Below, in pieces: positions 36,029 through 46,569 of a DNA stretch of 64,000 nucleotides. Numbering within the stretch: the first letter of the stretch is position 1; every line of letters begins with the position of its first letter. Source of the stretch: Alphaproteobacteria bacterium (GTDB lineage Bacteria; Pseudomonadota; Alphaproteobacteria; GCA-2746255); NCBI GenBank assembly GCA_965249135.1, contig OZ252220.1:2054283-2118282 (forward strand). The letters run 5' to 3'. The position numbers and the translations under genes were made by a program. The notes below the pieces were generated by a model. It did not search any database. It was not told the DNA's origin and was given only the letters and a program-made list of their open reading frames with translations.

Positions 36029-36805
36029 ATGGCGTGCGACCACGCAGCTCTGATCGTCGAGGACGAGCCGGAGATGGCCGCCGCGCTGTGCGATCTGGTG
36101 GATTCCCTCGGTCACGATCCTCGCCACGCGACGACCAGGGCCGATGCGATCGAGATCCTGAACGAAGGCGGCCTCTGCTATGTGCTGCTGGACCTGCAGA
36201 TTCCGGCGCACGAGAAGTCGCTTCAGCCGCGCGTGGAGGTCGGCAAGTCGTTGTTGCTGGATATCCGCCGGCGCTATCCGGGCCGTGTCGCGGGCGCCGC
36301 GCACGACATCCATCTCCTGCCGGTGCTGGTGGTGAGCGGCCAGGCCAAGGATCACGACGATGTGGTGCAGGCCCTGCAGGAGGGCGGGGACGACTTCGTG
36401 CGTAAACCGCTGAGCCTCGATGACCGGGGCCCCGGTGCCAAGATCGGGCAATGCCTGAACCGCAGCGGGCGGTCCGATCATGGGGCCTGCTATGGGGCAA
36501 CGGTCGTGGCCACCGGCGCTGCGGACCGCGGCGGAGCCAAGCCGCCGTTCACGCACACGGCCGATTACTCGGAAGTGACCTTGAACGGCGAGACGTATCT
36601 CTTCACCGGCTTCGTTCAGCGTGAAGTCATCCGCCTCCTTCACGAGGCCGTCAATAACGATCGGCCCTGGCAGCCCGGTAAAGGGGTCCTGTACGAGGCG
36701 GGTTCGACCAACGCGAAGATGATCAACCTGTTCAGGGATCATCCTTGCTGGGGCACTCTGATCGAGTCCAACAGGCGCGGGCCCTACCGTCTAAAAACCG
36801 AGTAG
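36029..36805 (+). CDS. response regulator with C-terminal putative winged-helix DNA-binding domain
   Basis: IVEDE, phospho-acceptor LLDLQIP, VSG, KP; C-terminal domain ends ESNRRGPYRL. Confidence 0.85.
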   Translation: MACDHAALIVEDEPEMAAALCDLVDSLGHDPRHATTRADAIEILNEGGLCYVLLDLQIPAHEKSLQPRVEVGKSLLLDIRRRYPGRVAGAAHDIHLLPVLVVSGQAKDHDDVVQALQEGGDDFVRKPLSLDDRGPGAKIGQCLNRSGRSDHGACYGATVVATGAADRGGAKPPFTHTADYSEVTLNGETYLFTGFVQREVIRLLHEAVNNDRPWQPGKGVLYEAGSTNAKMINLFRDHPCWGTLIESNRRGPYRLKTE

Positions 36806-36819
36806 GACTGCGTAATCTC

Positions 36820-36870
36820 ACCCGTCAGTGACCCGTCGCTGACCCGTCACAGAGCCCTTACCCACCCGTC
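36820..36870 (+). repeat. ACCCGTC direct repeats in 11-bp phase (putative operator)
   Basis: Copies at 36820, 36831, 36842 and 36864. Confidence 0.75.
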
Positions 36871-36943
36871 GATGAGCCTGCCGACAGGCCGCTGATCAAC
36901 GGTCATCCTTTCCGCAGCTTGAACGAGAGCAGCGGAGAAGCGG

Positions 36944-37168
36944 ATGGCCACACAACATCTGAACCAGACCCAGCTGGCGGCGCGCTGGAACATCTCGCCG
37001 CGCACGCTCGAGCGCTGGCGCTGGATCGGCGACGGCCCTCGCTACCTCAAGATCGGCGGCCGCGTCGTCTACCGGCTCGAGGACATCGAGGCCTACGAGG
37101 CCGGGCAGCTGCGCCTCGCCGAGCCCGAGACGGCTCGGCCCGTCGCCGGCCGGGGACGCGGCGCATGA
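36944..37168 (+). CDS. excisionase/AlpA-like helix-turn-helix protein
   Basis: HLNQTQLAARWNISPRTLERWRW.G.GP.YLKIGGRVVY. Confidence 0.9.
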   Translation: MATQHLNQTQLAARWNISPRTLERWRWIGDGPRYLKIGGRVVYRLEDIEAYEAGQLRLAEPETARPVAGRGRGA

Positions 37169-37536
37169 ATCTGATGGCTTGCAGCGCCACCCCGGAAGCG
37201 CCCGTGCCCGCCCCGGCGACGATGGCTCTCATCATCGACGTGGCCGGTTTCGAGGGATGGTTGAGGGCCGCCCATCCGGGGAGCCGGATCACCTATCACC
37301 GCGGCCTTCTCTGCGTCGACCGGCAGCAACGGCCCCACGCACCGCACGACCCGGCGCGCGACGAGCTCAACCGTCTCGCGGACCGCGCCATGCGCGCCTC
37401 CGCCGACGGTCTCGTCCACCTCTTCCAGAAGCGTCATGGCGACGCCGATTACAGCTACCTCGCGATCCGCACCCGCACTCCCGCGAAGCGCCGCGGGGAG
37501 GCCTTCTCCCATTCGGCCCGACGGAGAACAACCTGA
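37165..37536 (+). CDS. conserved phage hypothetical protein
   Basis: WLRAAHPGSRITYHRG..GLVHLFQKR; ATGA overlaps with neighbours. Confidence 0.65.
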   Translation: MNLMACSATPEAPVPAPATMALIIDVAGFEGWLRAAHPGSRITYHRGLLCVDRQQRPHAPHDPARDELNRLADRAMRASADGLVHLFQKRHGDADYSYLAIRTRTPAKRRGEAFSHSARRRTT

Positions 37537-38018
37537 TGTCGAACCGTATTCAGCTCGAGGACATCCGCGCCATGCCGGTCGGCGAGATCGCCGCCCTGCC
37601 GGCCGAGCAGCTTGCGCTGCTGCAGGAGGACGCCGAGGCGGCGCTCACGGCCGCCAAGACGCTGAAGGAATGGCTCGACGGCGCCATCGTGCTCCGCTTC
37701 GGCGAACAGGCGCACACCGCGCGCCGGGACGCCGGCAGGGACACCGGCTCGGTCCGGCTGGTCGAGGACGGCGTGATCGTCGTTGCCGACCTGCCGAAGC
37801 GCGTCGAGTGGAACCAGGCGATGCTCGCGGCCACGGTCGAGCGCATCCGCGCCGAGGGCGACGATCCGGCCGAGTATGTCGACATCGCCTTCAAGGTTCC
37901 CGAACGCAAATACGCCGCCTGGCCGCGCGCGATCCGCGCCGCCTTCGAGGACGCCCGCACGGTTCGCACCGGCAAGCCCGCCTTCAAGCTGACTCTCGCG
38001 AAGGAGGAGGGGCAATGA
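37536..38018 (+). CDS. conserved phage hypothetical protein
   Basis: MPVGEIAALP, DLPKRVEW, VPERKYAAWP; translationally coupled. Confidence 0.75.
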   Translation: MSNRIQLEDIRAMPVGEIAALPAEQLALLQEDAEAALTAAKTLKEWLDGAIVLRFGEQAHTARRDAGRDTGSVRLVEDGVIVVADLPKRVEWNQAMLAATVERIRAEGDDPAEYVDIAFKVPERKYAAWPRAIRAAFEDARTVRTGKPAFKLTLAKEEGQ

Positions 38019-38908
38019 GCGGCCTTCCCATCATCTCGGCCGACGAGCGCCTCGCCTAGCGCCGCGGCATCAAGGGCGCCATTTTCGGCAAGTCGGGGAT
38101 CGGCAAGACCTCGCTGCTGTGGACCCTCGAGCCTCGCGCCACGCTCTTCTTCGATCTCGAGGCCGGCGATCTCGCCATCGAGGGCTGGCCCGGCGACACC
38201 ATCCGGCCGCGCACCTGGTCCGAATGCCGCGATTTCGCGGTCTTCATCGGCGGCCCGAATCCCGCGCTGCGCGATGACCAGGCCTACAGTCGGGCTCACC
38301 ACGAGGCGGTGGCCGAGCGCTTCGGCGATCCGGCCGCGCTCGATCGTTACGAGACCGTGTTCATCGATTCGATCACGGTCGCGGGCCGGCTCTGCTTCCA
38401 GTGGTGCAAGGGCCAGCCGCAGGCGGTCTCGGACCGGAGCGGCAAGCCCGACATGCGCGGCGCCTACGGGCTCCACGGCCAGGAGATGATCGCCTGGCTC
38501 ACCCACCTCCAGCACACGCGCGGCAAGAACGTCTGGTTCGTCGGCATCCTCGACGAGAAGCTCGACGACTTCAATCGCCGGGTCTTCTCCCCCCAGATCG
38601 AGGGCTCGAAGACCGGCAACGAGCTCCCCGGCATCGTCGACGAGGTCATCGTCATGGCCGAGATCGGCCAGGCCGACGGCGGTCCCTACCGGGCCTTCGT
38701 CTGCCGGACGCTGAACCCCTTCGGCTATCCCGCCAAGGACCGGAGCGGGCGCCTCGATCAAATCGAGGAACCCCATCTCGGCCGGCTGATGACCAAGATC
38801 GGCGGCCCCGTCAGACCGGCGAGCGAGAGGCTGGAGTTTGGCCGCCCCGCCCCCGCGCCCGCCGATACCCCCGCCACCTCGGAAGATGAAGGAGCACCCC
38901 GACCATGA
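38015..38908 (+). pseudogene. phage AAA_24 (Sak4-like) ATPase with in-frame TAG at 38057-38059
   Basis: MSGLPIISADERLA* RRGIKGAIFGKSGIGKT continues in the same frame through FIDSIT and AKDRSG. Confidence 0.8.
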
Positions 38909-39606
38909 CCGGAGCCTGGAACGATTTCAACGACGCGGACGAGCAGACGTCCTACGACATCATCCCCAAGGGCACGATCGCGCCCGTCCGCATGACCATC
39001 AAGCCTGGCGGTTACGACGACCCGGCCCAGGGCTGGACCGGCGGCTATGCCACCCGCAACGAGGCCACCGGCTCGATCTATCTCAACGCCGAGTTCGTGC
39101 TCCTCGAGGGCCCCCATGCGCGGCGCCGGGTGTGGAGCCTCATCGGCCTCTCGAGCCCCAAGGGCCCCGAATGGGCCAACATGGGCCGCTCCTTCGTGCG
39201 CGGCATCCTCAACTCGGCCCGCGGCCTGTCGGAGAAGGACGCCTCGCCGCAGGCGCAGGCTGTCCGCCGCATCGAGGGCCTCCACGTGCTCGACGGCATC
39301 GAGTTCCTGGCCAAGATCGACGTCGGCAAGGACCAGAACGGCGATCCGAGGAACGAGATCCGCTTCGCCGTCACGCCCAACCACAAGGACTGGCAGGCCT
39401 TCCAGCAGGCGGGCGGACAATGGCGCCCGGGTGCCGCTCACGCCGCCTACGCGGCGCAGACCCAGCAGCCCTATGCGACCACGACCTCGGCCGCGCCGCA
39501 GGGCCCGGCACAGGCGCCGGACGCCGCACCGGGTGCACCGCAGCAGCCCGCCCAGGCGCCGGCGGCGCAGCCGATCAATCCGAACCGTCCGGCCTGGGCG
39601 CAATAG
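38905..39606 (+). CDS. phage SSB-like protein
   Basis: WNDFNDA..IPKGT, Pro/Ala/Gln-rich tail ending RPAWAQ; follows the AAA_24 gene. Confidence 0.7.
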   Translation: MTGAWNDFNDADEQTSYDIIPKGTIAPVRMTIKPGGYDDPAQGWTGGYATRNEATGSIYLNAEFVLLEGPHARRRVWSLIGLSSPKGPEWANMGRSFVRGILNSARGLSEKDASPQAQAVRRIEGLHVLDGIEFLAKIDVGKDQNGDPRNEIRFAVTPNHKDWQAFQQAGGQWRPGAAHAAYAAQTQQPYATTTSAAPQGPAQAPDAAPGAPQQPAQAPAAQPINPNRPAWAQ

Positions 39607-39618
39607 GCGGTCCGCGCC

Positions 39619-41295
39619 GTGCTGCTTCGCCCCCGCCAGAAAACCTTCGTCGAGCGCAGCGTGCGCGCGCTCGGCGAGCACGGCGACACGCTGGGGGTGG
39701 CTCCGACCGGCAGTGGGAAGACGGTGATGCTCTCCGGCGTCGTCGGCAGGGTCCTGGCGGACAACGACGCCAAGGCCTGTGTGCTCGCCCACCGCGACGA
39801 GCTGACCGCACAGAACGTTCTCAAATTCGCCAAGGTCAACCCGGCCCTCTCGACCTCGATTGTCGATTCCCACACCAAGTCGTGGCGCGGGCGCGCCACC
39901 TTCGCCATGGTCCCGACGCTCGCCCGCGCGGCCAATCTCGAGGCCATGCCGGCGCTCGATCTCGTGGTCGTCGACGAGGCCCACCACACCGCCGCGGACA
40001 GCTATCGGCGGATCATCGACCGGGCGCGCGAACGCAACCCGGACGTGCGCATCTACGGCGTCACCGCGACCCCGAACCGGGGCGATGGCAAGGGCCTGCG
40101 CCCGGTGTTCTCCAACGTTGCCGATCAGATCCTGCTGGGCGAGCTGATCGGCTCGGGCCACCTGGTGCCGCCGCGCACCTTTGTCATCGACGCCGGCACC
40201 CAGGAGGCGCTCAGGAAGGTGCGCAGGACCGTTGCCGATTTCGACATGGCCGAAGTCGCCGCCATCATGAACACGGCGCCGATCACCGAAGCGGTGATCA
40301 AGCACTGGCGTGAAAAAGCATCTGACCGCCAGACCGTGATTTTCTGTTCGACCGTCGAACATGCGCGCAACGTGCGCGACGCCTTCGTCGCGGCGGGCAT
40401 CGATGCCGAGATGGTCTGGGGCGAGATGCCCGAGAGCGAGCGGCGGGACGTTCTCGCCGCCTACCGGCGCGGCGACATCCAGGTGATGGTCAATATCGCG
40501 GTGCTGACCGAGGGCTGGGACCATCCGCCCACGAGCTGCGTCGTGCTGCTCCGGCCCTCCTCCTACAAGTCAACCATGATTCAGATGGTCGGCCGCGGCT
40601 TGCGAGTCATCGATCCGACCGAGTTCCCAGGCATCATCAAGATCGACTGCATCATTCTCGATTTCGGCACCTCGAGCCTCATCCACGGTTGCCTCGAGCA
40701 GGACGTCGACCTCCATGGGAAGCGCCGGAACGGCGAGGCGCCGATGAAGACCTGCCCGGAATGCGAGGCTGAGATTCCCCTCGGGTGCATCGAGTGTCCG
40801 CTATGCGGCCATGTTTGGGAGTGCTCGGACGGTAGCGAAGCAGCCCCGCTCAGACAATTCGTCATGTCGGAGATCGACCTCCTGAAGCGCTCGAGCTTCC
40901 GCTGGTGCGATCTGTTCGGCGACGACGCGGCTCTCGTCGCCAACGGGTTCCATGCCTGGGGCGGCATCTTCTTTCTCAACGGCCGCTGGCATGCGTTGGG
41001 CGGCGCCAGGCAGCAACGGACCCGGCTCCTCGGTGTCGGCGAGCGCACGGTCTGCCTCGCCGCGGCCGACGACTGGCTCAACGAAAACGAGACCGCCGAG
41101 AGCGCTCACAAGTCGAAGGCCTGGCTCAACCAGCCGGCGACCGAGAAGCAGATGCAATACCTCCCGCCGGCGTGCCGCCAGGACTACGGCCTCTCCCGCT
41201 ACCAGGCCTCGACGCTGCTCACCTTCACCTTCAACAAGGCCGCGATCCGGTGCCTGGTCATGGGCGCGGCGGACGAGATGCGGAGGGCCGCATGA
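39619..41295 (+). CDS. DEAD/DEAH-box SF2 helicase with Zn ribbon
   Basis: APTGSGKT, DEAHH, TATP, LTEGWD, QMVGRGLR, CPEC..CPLC. Confidence 0.92.
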   Translation: MLLRPRQKTFVERSVRALGEHGDTLGVAPTGSGKTVMLSGVVGRVLADNDAKACVLAHRDELTAQNVLKFAKVNPALSTSIVDSHTKSWRGRATFAMVPTLARAANLEAMPALDLVVVDEAHHTAADSYRRIIDRARERNPDVRIYGVTATPNRGDGKGLRPVFSNVADQILLGELIGSGHLVPPRTFVIDAGTQEALRKVRRTVADFDMAEVAAIMNTAPITEAVIKHWREKASDRQTVIFCSTVEHARNVRDAFVAAGIDAEMVWGEMPESERRDVLAAYRRGDIQVMVNIAVLTEGWDHPPTSCVVLLRPSSYKSTMIQMVGRGLRVIDPTEFPGIIKIDCIILDFGTSSLIHGCLEQDVDLHGKRRNGEAPMKTCPECEAEIPLGCIECPLCGHVWECSDGSEAAPLRQFVMSEIDLLKRSSFRWCDLFGDDAALVANGFHAWGGIFFLNGRWHALGGARQQRTRLLGVGERTVCLAAADDWLNENETAESAHKSKAWLNQPATEKQMQYLPPACRQDYGLSRYQASTLLTFTFNKAAIRCLVMGAADEMRRAA

Positions 41296-41298
41296 GCG

Positions 41299-41706
41299 AT
41301 GCCGGATCCGGGCAACGACCTCATCGACCGCCGCCGCCGGCTCTATTCCAGCGAGCCGTTCTGCGCGGTCTGTCGGCGCCCGGCCCGCGGCTTCGGCTGG
41401 TTCGATACGTCGGGATTGAGGCCCCCGCGTCCGCCGGTGAATTTCTGCTCGATGGCCTGCCAGGACTTCTGGACCCGCCGCGCGCGCCGGAGCACGGCCG
41501 TGATTGATCTCACCGAACACGAGCAGGCCGCGATCCGCGCCGCCATGAAGCCGATCGCCGAGCTCATGGAGGAGATCGGCTGGGAGACTCGGCTCGCCGG
41601 CCTCACCGAGGAACAGGTGCTGGCCCTGATCGAGGTCGCCGTCGGCGGCTTTCAGGACGCCATGCACGAAGCCGCCGCGGCCGACGATACGGAAATCCCG
41701 TTCTGA
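41299..41706 (+). CDS. phage protein (DUF6511-like)
   Basis: CAVC..FCSMAC then IDLTEHEQAAI..MEEIGW; ends EIPF. Confidence 0.65.
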   Translation: MPDPGNDLIDRRRRLYSSEPFCAVCRRPARGFGWFDTSGLRPPRPPVNFCSMACQDFWTRRARRSTAVIDLTEHEQAAIRAAMKPIAELMEEIGWETRLAGLTEEQVLALIEVAVGGFQDAMHEAAAADDTEIPF

Positions 41707-42981
41707 TGGTGGACCTGAACGAAGCCACGCGTCCCTGCCATCCGGTCGCCGAGGCCTTCCCGATGATGGCCGGCGCCGACTTCGACCGCCTTGTGGAGGA
41801 CATCCGCAGCCACGGCCTCCGGGAGCCCATCTGGCTCGATGACGAGGGCCGCATTCTCGACGGGCGCAATCGTGACCGCGTCTGCCGGCTCGCCGCCGGC
41901 CTACCGGGTCTACGACGGCGGCGATCCGACCGCCTTTGTCGTCAGTCTGAATCTTCACCGCCGGCATCTCAGCGAGAGCCAGCGGGCCATGGTGGCGGCC
42001 AGGCTGGTGAATATCCGCCATGGGGAAGTAGGACGAAACCACGAGATTTCAGAGGGGCAAATTTGCCTCTCTGAAGCGTCGGAGAAGCGTCGGATCTTGT
42101 GAATGTCTCCGAACGCTCCGTCAAGAATGCCCGCCGGGTACGAGACAGGGGGAGCGCCCTGCTCCAGGACGCCGTCGACCAGGGGCTGGTCGCGGTCAGC
42201 GACGCCGCCGCCATCGTCGATCGTCCGCCCGAAGAGCAGGATGCCCTCGTCGACGGCGTCCGTTCGGGCAAGTACAAGACCCTGCGCCGCGCCGCCGCCG
42301 TCCGCCGCCGCGAACAGCGCGAGACGCCGCCCGCGGACATGCCCACGCACGACGGCCGCTTGCGGCTGTTCGCCGCCGCCGCCGCCGATGTACTCGAGCA
42401 CATCGAGCCCGGCGGCGTCGATTGCATCGTCACCGATCCGCCGTACCCGCGCGCCTTCCTGGCCGTCTACGGCGATCTGGCGCGGACCGCCGCCCGGGTT
42501 CTCCGGCCGGGTGGTTCCTGCCTGGTCATGGCCGGGCAGTCTTCTGCCCGAGATCATCGCCGCCATGACGCCGCACCTTCGCTACCACTGGACGGTGGCC
42601 TACCTCACCCCGGGCGGCCAGTCGGTCCAGCTCTGGGAGCGCAAGGTCAACACCTTCTGGAAGCCGGTACTGTGGTTCGTCAACGACCCGGACGCCGCCG
42701 GATACTCGGGCGAGTGGGTCGGCGACGTGGCGCACAGCGATGCCAACGACAAGCGTTTCCATCACTGGGGGCAGTCCGAAAGTGGCATGGCCGATCTGGT
42801 GCGCCGCTTCACCCGTGCCGGCGAGACGGTGTTTGATCCCTTCCTGGGCGGCGGCACCACCGGCGTCGCGGCCCTCGGCCTGAACCGCCTGTTCATCGGC
42901 TCCGACAGTGACGGGACGGCCGTGAAACAGGCCTGCGGCCGTCTCCTGGAGACCCTGCGGGAGGTTCGCCATGCAGGTTAG
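41706..42981 (+). pseudogene. ParB-like domain plus DNA methyltransferase, frameshifted about three times
   Basis: HPVAEAFP..ILDGRNR; SLNLHRRHLSESQR; TDPPY; DPFLGGGTT lie in different frames (shifts near 41895, 42085, 42540). Confidence 0.8.
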
Positions 42982-43393
42982 GCAGGAACGCTCGGGTTGG
43001 CGCGACCGGGAACTCTCCCTGCGCCATCGCCGCTGGGGCTGGAACTGTCCGGCGATGGATATCGACTTCCTGGAGTTCCATGCGGGCGAGCCGGTGGCCC
43101 TGATCGAATGCAAGCTGGAACATGCCGCGCCCTGGGACCTCGACGGCAAGCCGGCGCGCGCCTTCATGCGCCTCGCCGAACGGGCGGGCCTTCCCGCCTA
43201 TTACGTGGTTCGCGCGGCCGATTTCTCCTGGTGGCGGGTGCGGGCGCTCAACGGTCTCGCCCGAAGCCGTCTGGTCGGGAATGAGCGCCGGCTCACGGAG
43301 CCCGAGTTCATCTCGCTGCTCTATGCGCTGCGGGGCCTGGATCTGCCGCCGGAAACGGCCGCCCGGGGCTATTGCCGGGAGGATCAGTCTTGA
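42971..43393 (+). CDS. phage hypothetical protein, possible PD-(D/E)XK fold
   Basis: DIDFLE..ALIECK. Confidence 0.55.
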   Translation: MQVRQERSGWRDRELSLRHRRWGWNCPAMDIDFLEFHAGEPVALIECKLEHAAPWDLDGKPARAFMRLAERAGLPAYYVVRAADFSWWRVRALNGLARSRLVGNERRLTEPEFISLLYALRGLDLPPETAARGYCREDQS

Positions 43394-44162
43394 TGTTGGA
43401 CTACAACCATTCGGCCAGCTTCGCCGAGGGCATCAACGCGCTGATCGACGCAGGCCTGGAAGCGGAGAACGCCGCGCGGACGCCGCGCGCGTATCTCGGC
43501 GGCTCGCGCCTCGGCGTGCCTTGCGAGCGCGCGCTCCAGTACGAATACGCTGCCGCGCCGAAGGACGACGGCGCCGAGTTCAGCGGTCAATTACTGCGCA
43601 TCTTCGCCGCCGGCCATGTGTTCGAGGATCTCGCCGTCGGCTGGCTCCGCGCCGCCGGGTTCGAGCTCTACACCACCCGCGGCAACCGCCCGGAGGGCGG
43701 CCAGTTCGCGTTCTCGGTCGCCGGCGGGCGCATCCGCGGCCACGTTGACGGGATCATCGCGGCCGCGCCTAAGGGCCTGCTCCCGGCCGCGCCCGCGCTC
43801 TGGGAGTGCAAGTCGCTCAACGCCAAATCGTGGAAGGACACTGCGAAGCGCGGGGTCGCGGTCTCCAAGCCCGTCTACGCTGCCCAGATCGCCGTCTACC
43901 AGGCCTACATGGAGGCGAGCGTACCGGGGATCTCGGCCCCAACCCGGCGCTCTTCACCGCGATCAACAAGGACACCGCCGAGCTCCATCACGAGCCGGTG
44001 CCGTTCGACGGCGCGCTGGCACAACGTATGAGCGACAAGGGCGTGCGGATTATCCGGGCCACCGAGGCCGGCGAGCTGCGGCCGCGCATCGCCCAGTCCC
44101 CCGATTTTCACGAATGCCGCTTCTGCCCCTGGGCGGACCGCTGCTGGAGGACCGGGCCATGA
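43393..44162 (+). pseudogene. Cas4-like PD-(D/E)XK phage nuclease, frameshifted near 43938
   Basis: YLGGSRLG..CER, GHVDG, LWECKS, then ALFTAINKD..CRFCPW..C in another frame. Confidence 0.8.
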
Positions 44163-44371
44163 GCGCGCACACCTGCCATTGGCCGGGCCGCGCGAATGTC
44201 GTCCCGCCGCGCATGTGGGGATGCCGTGGGCACTGGTTCCGGCTGCCCCGGGAGCTGCGGGCACGGATATGGGCGGCCTACCGGCCCGGCCAGGAGACCG
44301 ACAAGAAGCCGAGCGCCGAATATCTGCGGGCGGCCGGGGCCGTTCGGGATTGGATCGAGGCAAATCGATGA
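44159..44371 (+). CDS. small phage hypothetical protein
   Basis: MSAHTCHWPG..MWGCRGHWFRLP; coupled overlaps at both ends. Confidence 0.55.
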   Translation: MSAHTCHWPGRANVVPPRMWGCRGHWFRLPRELRARIWAAYRPGQETDKKPSAEYLRAAGAVRDWIEANR

Positions 44372-46494
44372 GCAACGACACCGAAACCGGCGACGGCCAG
44401 GACACCGACACGCCGGACGCCGGCAACATCGTCGATATCAACCGCTGGCGCGACTTCAACGATGCCGAACCCCAGCAGCTCGACGGCGCCTGGCCCGCTC
44501 ATGCCGTCGAAAGCACCGGCGAACTCAAGTCACGCATGCTGGCCAATATCCGCGGCGTGCTCTCCTGCCTGTTCCCAGGCGGCGTGTTCCAGAGGGGCAA
44601 GTTCTTCGTCGGCGACATCCGCGGTAACCCCGGCGACAGCCTCAATGTCGAGATCGAGGGCGGCAAGGCCGGCATGTGGCACGACTTCGCGACCGGCGAA
44701 GGCGGCGACATCATCGGGCTCTGGGCGGCGGCGACCGGCCGCGATCTTCGCAGCGAATTTCCGGCCATCGTGGACGACATCCGCGCTTGGCTCGACGGCC
44801 GCAGCCGGACCCTGCACAACGACCGGGCGGAGAGGCCGCGGCGCCAGTCATCCGCACCGGTCGACGAGCTCGGTCCGGTGACCGCCAAGTGGGACTATCT
44901 CGACGAGGCGGGCCGGCTAATCGCCTGCGTCTACCGCTACGATCCGCCCGGCGGCAAGCAGTTCCGGCCCTGGGACGTGCTCGCGCGCAAGAAGAAGGCA
45001 CCCGATCCACGTCCGCTCTACAACCGGCCCGGCATCAAGGCGGCCGCCGACGTGATCCTCGTCGAGGGCGAGAAGGCCGCCGCGGCGCTCATCGGACAGG
45101 GTCTCTGCGCCACCACCGCCATGAACGGCGCCTCGGCCCCGGTCGAGAAAACCGACTGGTAGCCGCTCAAGGCCAGGCGGGTGGTGGTCTGGCCCGATCA
45201 CGACGAGCCCGGTTGGCACTACGCGCTCGCCGCCGCGCAGGCCGAAGGCATGGATGTCCAATCATTCATCGCCAACGCCGGGCGCCAGGCCATCCGGCCC
45301 GCGAAGCGCTCGCTCGACCTCGCCGGCTGGCATGCCAGCCGCTACGCCGGTGCGGCGCCCGAGCAGCAGTTTCTCATCGAGGGTTCGGTGCCCTTGGGCG
45401 TGGTCTCGATCCTCGCCGCCATGGGCGATACCGGCAAGGGCATGATGATGCTCGACCTCGCACTCTCGGTCGCCACCGGCAGGCCGCGTGCGGTCTCGGT
45501 GAGCCCCGAGCCCATGGCCTTCGGCGCCGCCGTGCTGCTCACCGCCGAGGACGACGAGGGCGAGGTGCACCGCCGCCTCGAGCGCCTCGATCCCGAGCGT
45601 CACCGCCTCGGCCGGCCCGAGCGGCTGATCGTGGTGCCGCTGCCCAACGCCGGCGGCCCGATCCCGTTGGTGTCTTCCGGACCGGACGGGCCGGAAGCAA
45701 CCTCTCACTTCCGCAAGGTCCGCGACCAGATCGTCCGCATCACAGATCTCAAGCTGGTGGTGCTCGACCCGCTGTCGTCCTTCATCCATGCCGACGTGAA
45801 CGCCGATCCCGCCGCCGGCAGCTTCGCCACCGGGCTCTTGGCAAGCCTCGCCACCGAGACCGGCGCCGCCGTCATCGTCGCCCATCACATGCGCAAGCCC
45901 CAGGGCAACCGGCCCATCGCCTCGGTCGAGCAGGCCCGCGACGCGGTGCGCGGCACCAGCGCCATCGTCGACGGCGTGTGCCTGGTCTACGCGCTGTGGC
46001 CGGCGCCCCGGGATCATCAGCGTTACGTCTTCAAGACCCTCGACGAGAAGCCGGTCCGCAACGCCGTGTTCCAGGGCGCGGTGGTCAAGGCCAACGGGCC
46101 CGCCGATCGCACCATCCGCACCTATCTGCGGGCGCCCACCGGCCTTCCGGTGGACATCACCCGCCGCCTCCGCGCGAGCCGCATGGCGGCAGCGGAGCTC
46201 TCGGAGGTCCTCGTCGCCTCGATCGCCCAAGCGGTCGAGAACGGCCATCCGTTCACCCACTACGGCGGCGCCGGCGTCTATCGCCAGCGCCATCGCCTGG
46301 CGTCCGTCTTTCATGGCCTCGGCCGGGATCCCCTCCAGGACATGGTGCAGGACCTGCTTTCGGCCCGGCCGCCGGTGCTGGTCAAGGGCATGGCCTCGGG
46401 TTCGAAGGAAGACAAGTGGCTCGATGTGCCGACCGGACCCTTCGCCCGCGGCGTCGGCGAGTTCGTCCACGGCGCTGACGAGAGCGAGGAGTGA
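44368..46494 (+). pseudogene. primase (Toprim)-helicase (AAA_25/RepA) with in-frame TAG at 45160-45162
   Basis: WHDFATGEGGD, LVEGEKAA, KTDW* PLK, WPDHD, GDTGKG, VLDPL, HHMRK all in one frame. Confidence 0.8.
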
Positions 46495-46569
46495 AGGAGC
46501 ATGATCGTCCACGAAATCCCGGCCATTCCGGCCCCGGCAGGACCCGGTCCGACCGTTCGCGTGCCGGGC

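Noticed and set aside
38057-45162. Two in-frame TAG codons suggesting amber recoding or read-through in the phage
   Set aside because: Context implies different original residues (likely GAG Glu and TCG Ser), TAG ends other genes in the element, no suppressor tRNA is seen, and frameshifts nearby point to ordinary decay.
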